A stretch of DNA of 64,000 nt from Halorutilales archaeon Cl-col2-1. Its GTDB lineage: Archaea; Halobacteriota; Halobacteria; Halobacteriales; Afararchaeaceae. The stretch is from the NCBI GenBank assembly GCA_041891055.1, contig CP169074.1, positions 448,001 to 512,000 on the forward strand, in the 5' to 3' direction. Both the position numbers and the translations under genes were made by a program. This document shows positions 50,177-59,862 of the stretch, one piece after another; position 1 is the first letter of the stretch; every line of letters begins with the position of its first letter. The notes below the pieces were generated by a model, which saw only the letters and a program-made list of their open reading frames with translations, was not told the DNA's origin and made no database searches.

Positions 50177-50458
50177 ATGATAAGAAGGCTCGTCCTGGAC
50201 ATAATGAAGCCGCATGAGCCGCCGATGCACGACGTAGCCGTCAAGGTCGCAGACACCGACGGCGTCTCGGGTGTAAACGCGAAGCTCATAGAGACCGACA
50301 GTAAGGTTCAGAACATAAAGATGACAGTCGAGGGCGAGGACATCGACTACGACGCGGTTAAAGACCGTATAGAACACCTCGGGGGAAGCGTCCACTCGGT
50401 CGACGAGGTGGCGTGTGGTGAGACCATAGTCGAGGAGAGCATCACCCCACAGGACTGA
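50177..50458 (+). CDS. DUF211 family protein
   Basis: IRRLVLD..KPHEP...GGSVHSVDEVACG. Confidence 0.9.
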   Translation: MIRRLVLDIMKPHEPPMHDVAVKVADTDGVSGVNAKLIETDSKVQNIKMTVEGEDIDYDAVKDRIEHLGGSVHSVDEVACGETIVEESITPQD

Positions 50459-50461
50459 GAG

Positions 50462-51040
50462 ATGTGGGGAATCGACTTCGTGCGTGAGACGCTCCAGGAC
50501 GAGGAAGCACGTTCGATATCGCGGCGTTACTTCATATCGAACGGCTTCGACGGTGCTCTCACGAGTGTCGGAATCACAGTCGGCTCGTACCTCTCGGGAG
50601 TCCCCGACGGTCTCACGGTAGTCAAGGTCGGAGTGGGTGCCGCAGTCGGTCTGTCGACGTCGGGTGTCTGGAGTGTCTGGGAGATAGAACGTGCCGAGAA
50701 GCTCGCTGAGCTACAGGGCGTAGAGGCAGCTATGCTGAGAAGCCTCGAAGACACCTCGATACACGCCGAGAAGAAACGCGTAAGGATAGTCAACTCGGTT
50801 ATGAGCGGTCTGGGTCCAGTCGTGGGTATACTCCTTCCCGTCTTAGTCTTCGCCTTCGAGGGCGTCTACCTCACGATGCTCGAAGCCACCCTCCTCTCTG
50901 TGGCTGTCGCAGTCTCTGTCCTCTTCGTCTTCGGTGCCTACATGGGATCTATCTCCAAACAGAGATGGTACGTCGCGGGTCTCCGTATGGGCGTAGCAGG
51001 AGTCGTAGTCGCAGGAATCAACGTTCTACTCCCGGGATAA
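50462..51040 (+). CDS. VIT1/CCC1-like membrane protein
   Basis: RRYFISNGFDG, EIERAE, five TM helices. Confidence 0.85.
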   Translation: MWGIDFVRETLQDEEARSISRRYFISNGFDGALTSVGITVGSYLSGVPDGLTVVKVGVGAAVGLSTSGVWSVWEIERAEKLAELQGVEAAMLRSLEDTSIHAEKKRVRIVNSVMSGLGPVVGILLPVLVFAFEGVYLTMLEATLLSVAVAVSVLFVFGAYMGSISKQRWYVAGLRMGVAGVVVAGINVLLPG

Positions 51041-51042
51041 GA

Positions 51043-53796
51043 ATGAAAGAAGGATGGAAGTCGAAGAAAACGGACGAGGTGATAGAAGATATCGGAACCT
51101 CCGAGGAGGGTCTAAGCTCGGAGGAGGTGGAGGCGCGGCTTGAGGAGTACGGCGAGAACGATATACGCGGTGATGAGGGCGTCTCTCCTCTGAGGATACT
51201 CGTCTCACAGTTCGACGACTTCCTGATATATCTCCTCGTGGTCGCGGCTCTCCTGTCTCTCGGCGTCGGACTCCTACCCGGGAGACAGCCCGAGTATGTC
51301 GACGCCGGACTCATAACTGTTATACTCATCGCGAACGGGATCTTCGGCTTCGTCCAGGACTACCGCGCCGAGAAATCGATAGAGGCTCTGCGTGAGCTGT
51401 CGACACCCGACGCTACCGTGGTGAGAGACGGAGAGAAGGTCAGGGTCGACTCGAAACGCGTCGTCCCCGGAGACGTCGTCTTCATCGAACAGGGCGATGC
51501 AGTTCCCGCAGACGCGCGCCTGATCGAGTCACAGAGCTTAGAGGTCGATGAGTCGGCATTAACCGGAGAGAGCACATCGGTGCCAAAGGAGACGGGTGTC
51601 GTCGAGGAGGACACACCTACTGCCGAGACCTCGAACCTCGTCTTCATGAACACGAACGTCGTGAGGGGAAGAGGTAAGGCTGTCGTCGTCGAGACGGGGA
51701 TGGAGACAGAGGTCGGGAAGATAGCGACACAGATCACTCAGGCTGAGGAGAGACAGACTCCGTTCGAGAGGGAGGTCGACAGACTCGGGAGGACAATAGG
51801 CTACGGTGTCGTGGCTCTCATACTTGTAGTCGCAGGCGTACAGTGGGGGTTCACATCGGCATCACTCATTACGGTCTTCCTCGTCTCTATAACACTCGCT
51901 GTCGCCGCAGTACCCGAGGGTCTCCCCGCAGTCGTGACACTCACTCTCGCTCTGGGTTCGAGGAAGATGCTAGACAGGAATGCGATAGTACGTAACCTCC
52001 CCGTCGTCGAGAGCCTCGGGTCGACAGACGTGATCGTGACTGACAAGACGGGAACACTCACCGAGAACCTCATGACGGTCAGACGCGTCTACTTCTCGGA
52101 TGAGACCTACGGTGTCACGGGAACCGGACTCAAGACCCAGGGCGAGTTTGTCGAGGAAGAATCGGAGACCGAAGTCGATCCTGAGGTGGTCGAACCTCTT
52201 CTCAGGGCGGGTGTCGTCTGTAACAACTCCGAGAGATCCCTCAACGACTCCGACGACGACTACTACGGCGATCCCACAGAGATAGCCCTACTCGTCTCGG
52301 CACAGAAAGCGGGTATCGACGTCGGGGTTGGAGACGAGAGACAACGAAGAAGAACCGACGAGGTACCGTTCACCTCGGACAGGAAACGGATGACTGTTAC
52401 AGTGCCCAGCGGTGACGAGAACGGCGGGTACATTTCCTACATGAAGGGAGCTCCCCAGGAAGTTCTCAGCCGGTGTGACACGCATCTCGTCGAGGGTGAT
52501 GCCGTAGAACTCGACGACGAGGCGAGGAAAGATATCAGAGACAGACAGACCGAGTTCGAGGAAGATGCTCTCCGTGTCCTCGGGTTCGCGTACAAGGACG
52601 GACGTGTCTCCGACGAGGACGACGAGGACGGCTTTGTCTTCCTCGGGTTACAGGCTATGATAGATCCGCCGAGGGACGGCGTCAGGGGTGCTGTCGACGA
52701 CTGCCGGAGTGCGGGGATAGATGTTATCATGGTCACGGGCGATGGAATGGGGACGGCTAAGGCAATTGGAGAGGAGGTCGGATTCGATCCCGAGAACGCG
52801 ATGTCGGGGCGCGAGGTCGAGAAGATGGAAGACGACGAGTTACGTGAGGTCGTCGAGGAGACGGAGGTCTTCGCGAGGGTCTCACCGAGCCACAAGGTTC
52901 GTATACTCAAAGCGTCCCAGGAGAACGGTCACAACGTCGCTATGACGGGTGACGGAGTCAACGACGCGCCGGCTCTCAGGAACGCCGACGTCGGTATAGC
53001 GATGGGACAGAGGGGAACAGACGTCGCCCAGCAGGCTTCCGACATGGTTCTGAGAGACGACAACTTCGTGACCATACGTGACGCGATAGCAGAAGGGAGA
53101 GGGATATTCGACAACATACGTAAGTTCGTCAACTACCTACTCTCGGCGAACGCGGGCGAGATCTTGGTCGTGACCTTCGGAATTCTGCTCGGAAGCCTCG
53201 TCTTCCCGGATCTGTTCGCGGGTGCAGGCGAGTCACTCATACTCACACCCGTGATGCTCCTCTGGATAAACCTCGTGACCGACGGACTCCCCGCACTCGC
53301 CCTCGGAGCCGATCCCCATTCTCCGAGCATAATGGAGAGACAGCCCCGACCCAGCGACGAGCCAGTCATCGATCTGAGGATAGGCGCGTCGGTGGTGGGA
53401 ATAGGTCTCGTGACGACACTCACGGGTCTTCCGCTCTTCTTCGAGACTCTCTCACGTACACGTAGCCTCGTCCTCGCACAGACTTCGCTCTTCACCTTCC
53501 TCGTGGCTGCCGAGATGGTACGTATCCAGGTCATACGCCACAGGTACGGTCAGTCGATCTTCTCAAACCCGTGGCTCATCGGCGCTGTGGGTCTCTCGCT
53601 CGTCCTCCATCTCGGCGTCCTCTACACCCCCGTGTCGTCTCTCTTCGAGGTCACACCTCTCGGTGCCGGCGCGTGGCTCAGGATAGGCGTCGGCTTCGTG
53701 GGCTTCCTGGTCTTAAACGTCGTAGTATCGTGGCTCCTCAACCGCTTGGTAACTGACCAAAGCCTCAAGACCCACGATCCGGAGGATATAGTATGA
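51043..53796 (+). CDS. P-type ATPase (P2A, Ca2+-type)
   Basis: TGES, PEGL, DKTGT, KGA, DPPR, TGDGVND, NLVTD. Confidence 0.95.
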   Translation: MKEGWKSKKTDEVIEDIGTSEEGLSSEEVEARLEEYGENDIRGDEGVSPLRILVSQFDDFLIYLLVVAALLSLGVGLLPGRQPEYVDAGLITVILIANGIFGFVQDYRAEKSIEALRELSTPDATVVRDGEKVRVDSKRVVPGDVVFIEQGDAVPADARLIESQSLEVDESALTGESTSVPKETGVVEEDTPTAETSNLVFMNTNVVRGRGKAVVVETGMETEVGKIATQITQAEERQTPFEREVDRLGRTIGYGVVALILVVAGVQWGFTSASLITVFLVSITLAVAAVPEGLPAVVTLTLALGSRKMLDRNAIVRNLPVVESLGSTDVIVTDKTGTLTENLMTVRRVYFSDETYGVTGTGLKTQGEFVEEESETEVDPEVVEPLLRAGVVCNNSERSLNDSDDDYYGDPTEIALLVSAQKAGIDVGVGDERQRRRTDEVPFTSDRKRMTVTVPSGDENGGYISYMKGAPQEVLSRCDTHLVEGDAVELDDEARKDIRDRQTEFEEDALRVLGFAYKDGRVSDEDDEDGFVFLGLQAMIDPPRDGVRGAVDDCRSAGIDVIMVTGDGMGTAKAIGEEVGFDPENAMSGREVEKMEDDELREVVEETEVFARVSPSHKVRILKASQENGHNVAMTGDGVNDAPALRNADVGIAMGQRGTDVAQQASDMVLRDDNFVTIRDAIAEGRGIFDNIRKFVNYLLSANAGEILVVTFGILLGSLVFPDLFAGAGESLILTPVMLLWINLVTDGLPALALGADPHSPSIMERQPRPSDEPVIDLRIGASVVGIGLVTTLTGLPLFFETLSRTRSLVLAQTSLFTFLVAAEMVRIQVIRHRYGQSIFSNPWLIGAVGLSLVLHLGVLYTPVSSLFEVTPLGAGAWLRIGVGFVGFLVLNVVVSWLLNRLVTDQSLKTHDPEDIV

Positions 53797-54707
53797 TAGC
53801 CGAGGTGCTCCTGTTCGGTCTCGGACTCACAGTTCTCGTCGTCGGTGCTGACACAGCGGTGAGGTCGGCGGGAGACCTCGCACTCTACTACGGTGTCTCA
53901 GCGTTTTTCGTGGGAGTAACAGTCATCTCGATAGGCACGTCAGTTCCCGAGATGACGACTTCGGTCTATGGCGCCGTCTACGGATCGGGAGACCTAGTAG
54001 TCGGAAACATAGTCGGCTCCGAGGTCGCCCAGATCACACTCGCTGTAGGAATCGTGGCTCTGATATCACCCATATCCGCCGAGAGACGGAACACGGCAGT
54101 CTACGGCGGGGCGATGATACTCGCGATGGTGATAATGTATCTCACAGTCGAAGACGGCGTAATAACACGTTCGGAGGGCTTCCTCATGATGCTGTCGTAC
54201 GTCGTCTTCATACACGACCTCTACTCCTCAGAGGGCGGAGAAGAGATAGCCGAGGAGGTAGAGGAGGCTGAACCCCCTAAGAGAGCAGTCCCTCTCATAC
54301 TCTTGGGCGTCGGACTCGTCGTAGTCGGTGGACATCTCTTAGTCACTAACGGAGCCGAGATCGCTCGTCTTGTTGGCGTGCCCGAATACACAGTGGGCGT
54401 CTTGACGGGACTTGGGACGACAACTCCCGAGATAGCAGTCGCAGGTCTCGCCGCACACAGGGGCAAAGCCGGAATATCGGTGGGATCGATACTCGGGAGT
54501 AATATTACCGATCCCGTCTTCTCTCTCGGCGTAGGAGCTCTCGTCTCAGATGTCATAGTCTCGGATGTCGGGTCGGTACTCGTCTCGTCGCGGTATATGA
54601 TTGGCGTCTCGGTCTTTGTCCTCGGACTCCTCTACTGGAGACGAGGGATCAGCCGTCGAACCGCCCTAGTATGTATGGCACTCTATGTCCCGTTCTTCTT
54701 CGTCTAA
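53793..54707 (+). CDS. Na+/Ca2+ exchanger (CaCA family)
   Basis: GTSVPE/GTTTPE alpha repeats; GNIVGS/GSILGSN. Confidence 0.9.
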   Translation: MIAEVLLFGLGLTVLVVGADTAVRSAGDLALYYGVSAFFVGVTVISIGTSVPEMTTSVYGAVYGSGDLVVGNIVGSEVAQITLAVGIVALISPISAERRNTAVYGGAMILAMVIMYLTVEDGVITRSEGFLMMLSYVVFIHDLYSSEGGEEIAEEVEEAEPPKRAVPLILLGVGLVVVGGHLLVTNGAEIARLVGVPEYTVGVLTGLGTTTPEIAVAGLAAHRGKAGISVGSILGSNITDPVFSLGVGALVSDVIVSDVGSVLVSSRYMIGVSVFVLGLLYWRRGISRRTALVCMALYVPFFFV

Positions 54708-54752
54708 AACTCCATAAATATAAGAAGACAGACCGCGGATACGGGACACGGA

Positions 54753-56090
54753 ATGGAATCCGAGAAGCTCGGTCTCAAGGAGGTCGTCGCCATGGGTGTC
54801 GGCGGTATGGTCTCTGGAGGCATCTACGCTGCACTCGGGGTTGCGATGCGTCAGGCGGGGAACGCCGTCCCAGTCTCGTACCTTCTCGCAGGCGTCATCA
54901 CGCTCCTCACTGCGTACTCGTACGTCAAGCTCACAGTCCACTTCGGAGAGAAGGGCGGTGCTTTCGCCTTCATCGACCACACGACGGAGAACCCGCATAT
55001 AGCAGGCGTCACGGGATGGGTTCTGATAGTAGGGTACGTCGGCGTGATGGCGATGTACGCCTTCGCATTCGGGGCTTATACATTGACCGCGGCGCGCGAG
55101 ATCGCGTCCGTCAGCCTGCCTCAGATACTCAGACCCATGATCTCTGTGGGAATCGTGGGGCTCCTCGTAGGTCTCAACCTCGCCGGGGTGAGAGAGACAG
55201 GCTTGTTCGAGGACATAGCAGTATATCTCAAAATAGTAATACTTCTGTCCCTCGCGTCTCTCGGAGTCGTCTTCTACGACGGCAGCCTCGCGGCTGTCGA
55301 CTTCTTCAACAAGGGATACGTGAGTCCAGTCACGGGTTTCGCTGTGATCTTCGTGTCATACGAGGGCTTTCAGCTCCTGACATACGACTACAACGACATA
55401 GAGAACGTCGAGACTAACCTCCGACGTGGCATATACATAGCCATCGCCATAGCCATCCTCATCTACGTCTCGGTGTCCTTCATGGCGACCCTACATCTTA
55501 CCCCCGAACAGCTAGTCGAACACAAGGAGACAGCACTCGCAAAGGCGGTCTCGAACATACCCGTACTCGGGGGTGCGGGCTTCATTCTCGTGATTCTGTC
55601 GGCGATGAAAAGCACGTCTTCGGGGATAAACGCCACACTCTTCGGCGCTTCAAGGCTCGCACACAAGGTCGCAACCGAGGGGAAGATGCCACAGGTATTC
55701 TCGTTCCGTGACAGACACGGAGTGCCCAAGTACGCCCTCGTCGTGATGGGGGTTCTCACGGCGATCTTCGCCGCACTCGGCACCCTGAGACAGATAACCG
55801 AGTTCGGCTCTGTCGCATTTCTGATCTCCGACGCGATAGCCAACTACACCAACCTCAGAATCTACGACGAGACGGGGTCGAATCCCGTATTCCCCGCTCT
55901 CGGATTAGTCGGTACAGTCGTTGCGATACCCATAGTTCTCCACCACCTCTACGTACATGAGTTCGGTGTCTTTGTCTCTGTGGTAGGAATATTCGCGGCT
56001 GTCTTAGTCCTCGAATTCTTCTACCTCGAACGTGAGTCGGTCGAAAAGGGGGTCAAGGAGATAGAAGATGGAGTGAAGGACAGGATATAG
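54753..56090 (+). CDS. APC family amino-acid permease
   Basis: GVGGMVSGGI, SYEGFQL, about 12 TM helices. Confidence 0.88.
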   Translation: MESEKLGLKEVVAMGVGGMVSGGIYAALGVAMRQAGNAVPVSYLLAGVITLLTAYSYVKLTVHFGEKGGAFAFIDHTTENPHIAGVTGWVLIVGYVGVMAMYAFAFGAYTLTAAREIASVSLPQILRPMISVGIVGLLVGLNLAGVRETGLFEDIAVYLKIVILLSLASLGVVFYDGSLAAVDFFNKGYVSPVTGFAVIFVSYEGFQLLTYDYNDIENVETNLRRGIYIAIAIAILIYVSVSFMATLHLTPEQLVEHKETALAKAVSNIPVLGGAGFILVILSAMKSTSSGINATLFGASRLAHKVATEGKMPQVFSFRDRHGVPKYALVVMGVLTAIFAALGTLRQITEFGSVAFLISDAIANYTNLRIYDETGSNPVFPALGLVGTVVAIPIVLHHLYVHEFGVFVSVVGIFAAVLVLEFFYLERESVEKGVKEIEDGVKDRI

Positions 56091-56097
56091 ATAGCTA

Positions 56098-56871
56098 CTA
56101 CTCGTCACTCTCGTTCTCGTCTTTATTACAGTCACACTGCTTACGTTTACGTAGATGTTTGATGGTCTCAGAAGCCTCGTTAACAGTTCCTATTAGAGTG
56201 GTTATTTCCCTCTTAGTGGGATGGCACCTACCGAGGACACGTCTCATCATTCTCGCTGTCTTTTCGCGTCTTCCCTCGGGATGGTCGACCGCTGCGAGGA
56301 GATCTCCGAAGACGGTGTGGAACCTCTCTATGTACTCGTCGTCTGCCCTGTCGTGTCTCTGTTTCTGTCTCTCGTTGTCGTTGTCGTCTTCTTGAGACTT
56401 CCTCATCTCGTAGAGAGCGACAGTGACAGCCTGTCCGAGGTTGAGAGACGGATACTCGGGGTTCGCGGGTATCGAACAGACACGGTCGAGACGTCCTATC
56501 TCCTCGTTGGTGAGTCCCGTCGACTCCCTACCGAAGACTAGTGCGACTTTGGCATCCAGATCCTCAATCTCGTAACGTATCTCCTCGGGAGTCGTATAAG
56601 GGAACCTTGCGTGCTGTTTGGGTGAGCCCGTCGTCGCCGTAAATCCCACGGTGTAGTAGCTCTCGACGACCTCATCGAACCCCACGGATCGGCGCGACCT
56701 GAGTACGTCGTCGGCGTCCTGTGCGAAGCCGTACGCCTCGTCGCCCTCCTCTATACCGGGAGGGTCTACCACGAGGAGTTCGTCAAAGCCGAAGTTCTTG
56801 ACAGCCCTCGCCGCAGTACCGACGTTCCCCGGAGTCTCGGGATCAACTAAGACGACTGAGAGCTTCGGCAT
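56098..56871 (-). CDS. trmJ: tRNA C32/U32 2'-O-methyltransferase (SPOUT, TrmJ family)
   Basis: PGNVG..ARA.KNFG, FGRESTGL, YPSLNLGQAV. Confidence 0.88.
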   Translation of the reverse strand: MPKLSVVLVDPETPGNVGTAARAVKNFGFDELLVVDPPGIEEGDEAYGFAQDADDVLRSRRSVGFDEVVESYYTVGFTATTGSPKQHARFPYTTPEEIRYEIEDLDAKVALVFGRESTGLTNEEIGRLDRVCSIPANPEYPSLNLGQAVTVALYEMRKSQEDDNDNERQKQRHDRADDEYIERFHTVFGDLLAAVDHPEGRREKTARMMRRVLGRCHPTKREITTLIGTVNEASETIKHLRKRKQCDCNKDENESDE

Positions 56872-56878
56872 ACCTCAC

Positions 56879-57370
56879 TCAGTCGAGATTCTCGTTCTGG
56901 TGTGACCCTGAGTAGGTCTCCGAAAGCTTCTCGGTCTTCTCGAAGACTATCTGGCAGATCCTCATGTCCGCCTGTATCTCCATAGGAACGTCGATCCTCA
57001 GACCGCCTTCTCCTCTTCCCTTGTAGCCCGAGTCCCAGACAGCAGTGAAGAGCATACCGCCGCTCCTCATGAGCCTGCTCCGCGGGTAGACGAATCCGAC
57101 GTGGTTCTCGGGTATCTCGACGACCTCGGCGTACTCGACTACGTAAGAGCCGGGTTCGAGCGAGTAGAACTCCCCTCCGTCTCTCTCCTCTGTCTCAATA
57201 CGTCTCCTATCGGGCTTGTCGTAGTCGTCGTCGGTAAGAGTGGCTCGGGTCTCGTGTCTGTATATCTCCCGTATGCTGAGGTCGAAGCCGTTAGGCTGTA
57301 TCGCCTCGTCGAAGTCGGTCGAGTCGGCTGGCTCGATGTGGTCAGCGACGAAGCTACCGGATCTTATCAT
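56879..57370 (-). CDS. dUTPase (archaeal dCTP-deaminase-like)
   Basis: QPNGFDL, PRSRLMR, AVWDSGYKG, RICQ, Y.G..Q.E. Confidence 0.88.
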   Translation of the reverse strand: MIRSGSFVADHIEPADSTDFDEAIQPNGFDLSIREIYRHETRATLTDDDYDKPDRRRIETEERDGGEFYSLEPGSYVVEYAEVVEIPENHVGFVYPRSRLMRSGGMLFTAVWDSGYKGRGEGGLRIDVPMEIQADMRICQIVFEKTEKLSETYSGSHQNENLD

Positions 57371-57442
57371 ATACCCAGTTCGAAGTCGGAGGTAACAAAC
57401 CTCCCGGAATCGGATCGGGAGACGGGGACTTCCCGTTACTCC

Positions 57443-58195
57443 TTACTTTTTCTCCGCAACGCGGCGGGCTCCGAAGAACAAGAGGGAGGCTAGGACTCCG
57501 ACGACACCGAAGCCGGGCATTCCGTTTCCGTCCTCGGCACCTTCTCCGTCAGCTTGGCTGTCTTCTCCTTCTGCACCTCCATCACCACCATCTCCTTCCT
57601 CCGATACGTAGACAACGCCGAGTGTCCGGTCAACCTCGACAGGACCTTCGAGAGTTACCGTGTTTCCGTCCACGGCTCCCTCTGGAATCTCCGAGTCGCC
57701 CTCCGAGAGACTGTATCCCTCGGGAGCTACCACGGATAGGCTCTGTCCCTCGGAGAGGCTGAGACCTCCCTCGAAGACGTCGCCCACGTAGACTCGGCTG
57801 TCGTCAACACGCCCGAAGTTCTCCCAGCTTAGTGTGATTGAGATGGTTCCCGTCTCGCCGTCTCTGGTTCCTTCTACTGACTCAACCGAGACCGACATAT
57901 CCCTCTCGACTTCTTCCGACGCTCTCTCGGCGAACGACTCGAAGGGGGCGGCGGCTTCGGCTCCCATCTCATCGAGCCTCGTCTGGTTCGAGAGTATCGA
58001 GTCGAAGGCTCGTCTCTCGGACTGTGTACCGAGCGAGACGTGGTTGTCTATGACCAAGTCTGCGTCGCCGTTGTCGTCGATGTCTATCTGTATGTCGGTC
58101 TGGCTAGGGTTCTGTGCCGAGACAGAGACCGCGACTGCCGATAACGCGATAAGGAGTAGGAGACTGACGCCTAAGAGCCGCAGTCTACGGCTCAT
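57443..58195 (-). CDS. Secreted PGF-CTERM protein
   Basis: Signal peptide; VGDVF.GG; MPGFG + TM + RR. Confidence 0.85.
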   Translation of the reverse strand: MSRRLRLLGVSLLLLIALSAVAVSVSAQNPSQTDIQIDIDDNGDADLVIDNHVSLGTQSERRAFDSILSNQTRLDEMGAEAAAPFESFAERASEEVERDMSVSVESVEGTRDGETGTISITLSWENFGRVDDSRVYVGDVFEGGLSLSEGQSLSVVAPEGYSLSEGDSEIPEGAVDGNTVTLEGPVEVDRTLGVVYVSEEGDGGDGGAEGEDSQADGEGAEDGNGMPGFGVVGVLASLLFFGARRVAEKK

Positions 58196-59082
58196 CTTCT
58201 GTCACCTCCCTGCCCTTGTCCATCCATTCCCACGGCTCCGTTCGAGCCTGGGTTACTCCCTCCCCCTCCCCCTCCGCGATCGGAGTTCTGACCTCCGTTC
58301 ATACTTTGACTCCCCTGTTGTGCTCCGTTACTCCCCGACCCGTTCGTGTTGTCTGCCTGCTGTCCCTGACCCGGGGCTCGGTCGGTTCTGTTTGTGTCGA
58401 CCGGGGGAGCGTGGACACGGTCACGGCTGAGGTTGCGTGCTCTCTGGGCGACCTCGTGTCCCGTCATGTTACTCGCGTTCCTCGCGAGACTCATCGCACG
58501 TCTCGCCGTCTCGACTGGCCCTAATCCACGCGGATGTGTCGGTGTCTCGTTACCGACGATTCCACGTGCGAGACCCCGTGTCTGGTTGAGACGGCTTCTG
58601 TTGAGGCTGACGTTACGTCTCTCGGATACATTCTCGACGCGTCCGAGGCTACGCCCGGCTTCGGAGACCCTCGTGTTTATCTCAGCCATCCTCATCGCGA
58701 ACTCGGTAGGGGATATACTCCCGTTCTGAAGCTCTTCTACGAGGCGTTCACGTTCCTGGTGTGCGTCGGCTATCTCCTCGTGAATCATCTCCACCTCACG
58801 TTCGGCGACCCTCGACCTGTTGGTCTCGGAGGCGTTCTCGAAGGCTAGGCGGAAAGACTCACGTTCGACTGCGCCCTCAACGTATCCCCTCTGGGATCTG
58901 AGAGCGATGCTTATCTCGTGTCCGAGTCCGAGACCCGGTGGTTCGGACTGTGTGACGTTCGTGGCGTTCGTGTCCGTGTCGTCGGCGTCCTGCGCGGCTA
59001 CCGAGATCGTCCCTGCGACTACGATCCCGGTTAAGACGACTAATACGGCTAATACCGCGACACGTATGTCTATATCAGACAT
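58192..59082 (-). CDS. Secreted helical protein with Gly/Asn/Gln-rich tail
   Basis: Signal peptide; many N-x-S/T sequons; overlaps the downstream gene by 4 nt. Confidence 0.75.
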   Translation of the reverse strand: MSDIDIRVAVLAVLVVLTGIVVAGTISVAAQDADDTDTNATNVTQSEPPGLGLGHEISIALRSQRGYVEGAVERESFRLAFENASETNRSRVAEREVEMIHEEIADAHQERERLVEELQNGSISPTEFAMRMAEINTRVSEAGRSLGRVENVSERRNVSLNRSRLNQTRGLARGIVGNETPTHPRGLGPVETARRAMSLARNASNMTGHEVAQRARNLSRDRVHAPPVDTNRTDRAPGQGQQADNTNGSGSNGAQQGSQSMNGGQNSDRGGGGGGSNPGSNGAVGMDGQGQGGDRR

Positions 59083-59188
59083 GGGCTCCCTTACCTAACC
59101 CAGGCTTATATATCTACCTGCGCCCCAAACGTCTGTCTCTCGGGTGTCAGTCTTAACATAAATAAGGGACTGACACAAAGACGGTTCT

Positions 59189-59824
59189 ATGTTGATAGCC
59201 TTCGACTTCGACGGAACGCTCTCTGACTCAGAGATGACTGTACTTCTGGGTGAGGAAAAGGACGTAGCCGAGGAGATAGCCGGAATTACCGACAGGGCGA
59301 TGAACGGCGAGATAGGATACGCCGAGAGTCTGAGACAGCGGATAGAGCTTCTCGAAGGTCTTCCCGAAGAGAGGATGAACCACGCCTTCGAGAGAATAAA
59401 GTTCCACGAGGGCGCAGCCGACCTCATAAACGACCTGCGTGACGCGGGAGTCTTCGTCGCCATACTCACGGGGGGATTCGAGAGGGGAGTCGAGTCGGTT
59501 CTCGAACGCAACGGTATAGAGGTCGACGAGATAGTCGCCAACAGGCTCGTCCTCGAAAACGGTGCCCTCACGGGTGAGGTTGAGGGAAGCCTCATAGAGG
59601 GAACCAAGGACGAGGCTCTCGAACGTCTGGCTACGTCAGAGGGGGTAGACCTCGAAGACACAATGGCTGTCGGCGACGGTGCGAACGACCTTCCGATGCT
59701 CAGAATTGCCGGCGATGCGATAGGATACGAGCCGAAGCCTACTGTCCGCGAGGAGTGTGACACAGTCGTGGCTTCTGTCGAGGAGCTAAGACGTCTCCTC
59801 GAAGAGAAAGGAGTCCTCGGGTAG
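59189..59824 (+). CDS. serB: Phosphoserine phosphatase
   Basis: FDFDGTL..SE, ITDRAMNGE, TGGF, GDGANDL. Confidence 0.93.
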   Translation: MLIAFDFDGTLSDSEMTVLLGEEKDVAEEIAGITDRAMNGEIGYAESLRQRIELLEGLPEERMNHAFERIKFHEGAADLINDLRDAGVFVAILTGGFERGVESVLERNGIEVDEIVANRLVLENGALTGEVEGSLIEGTKDEALERLATSEGVDLEDTMAVGDGANDLPMLRIAGDAIGYEPKPTVREECDTVVASVEELRRLLEEKGVLG

Positions 59825-59862
59825 ATTTTTTAGTTTTCAGTCTGAGTTTGACGGCTCATACC

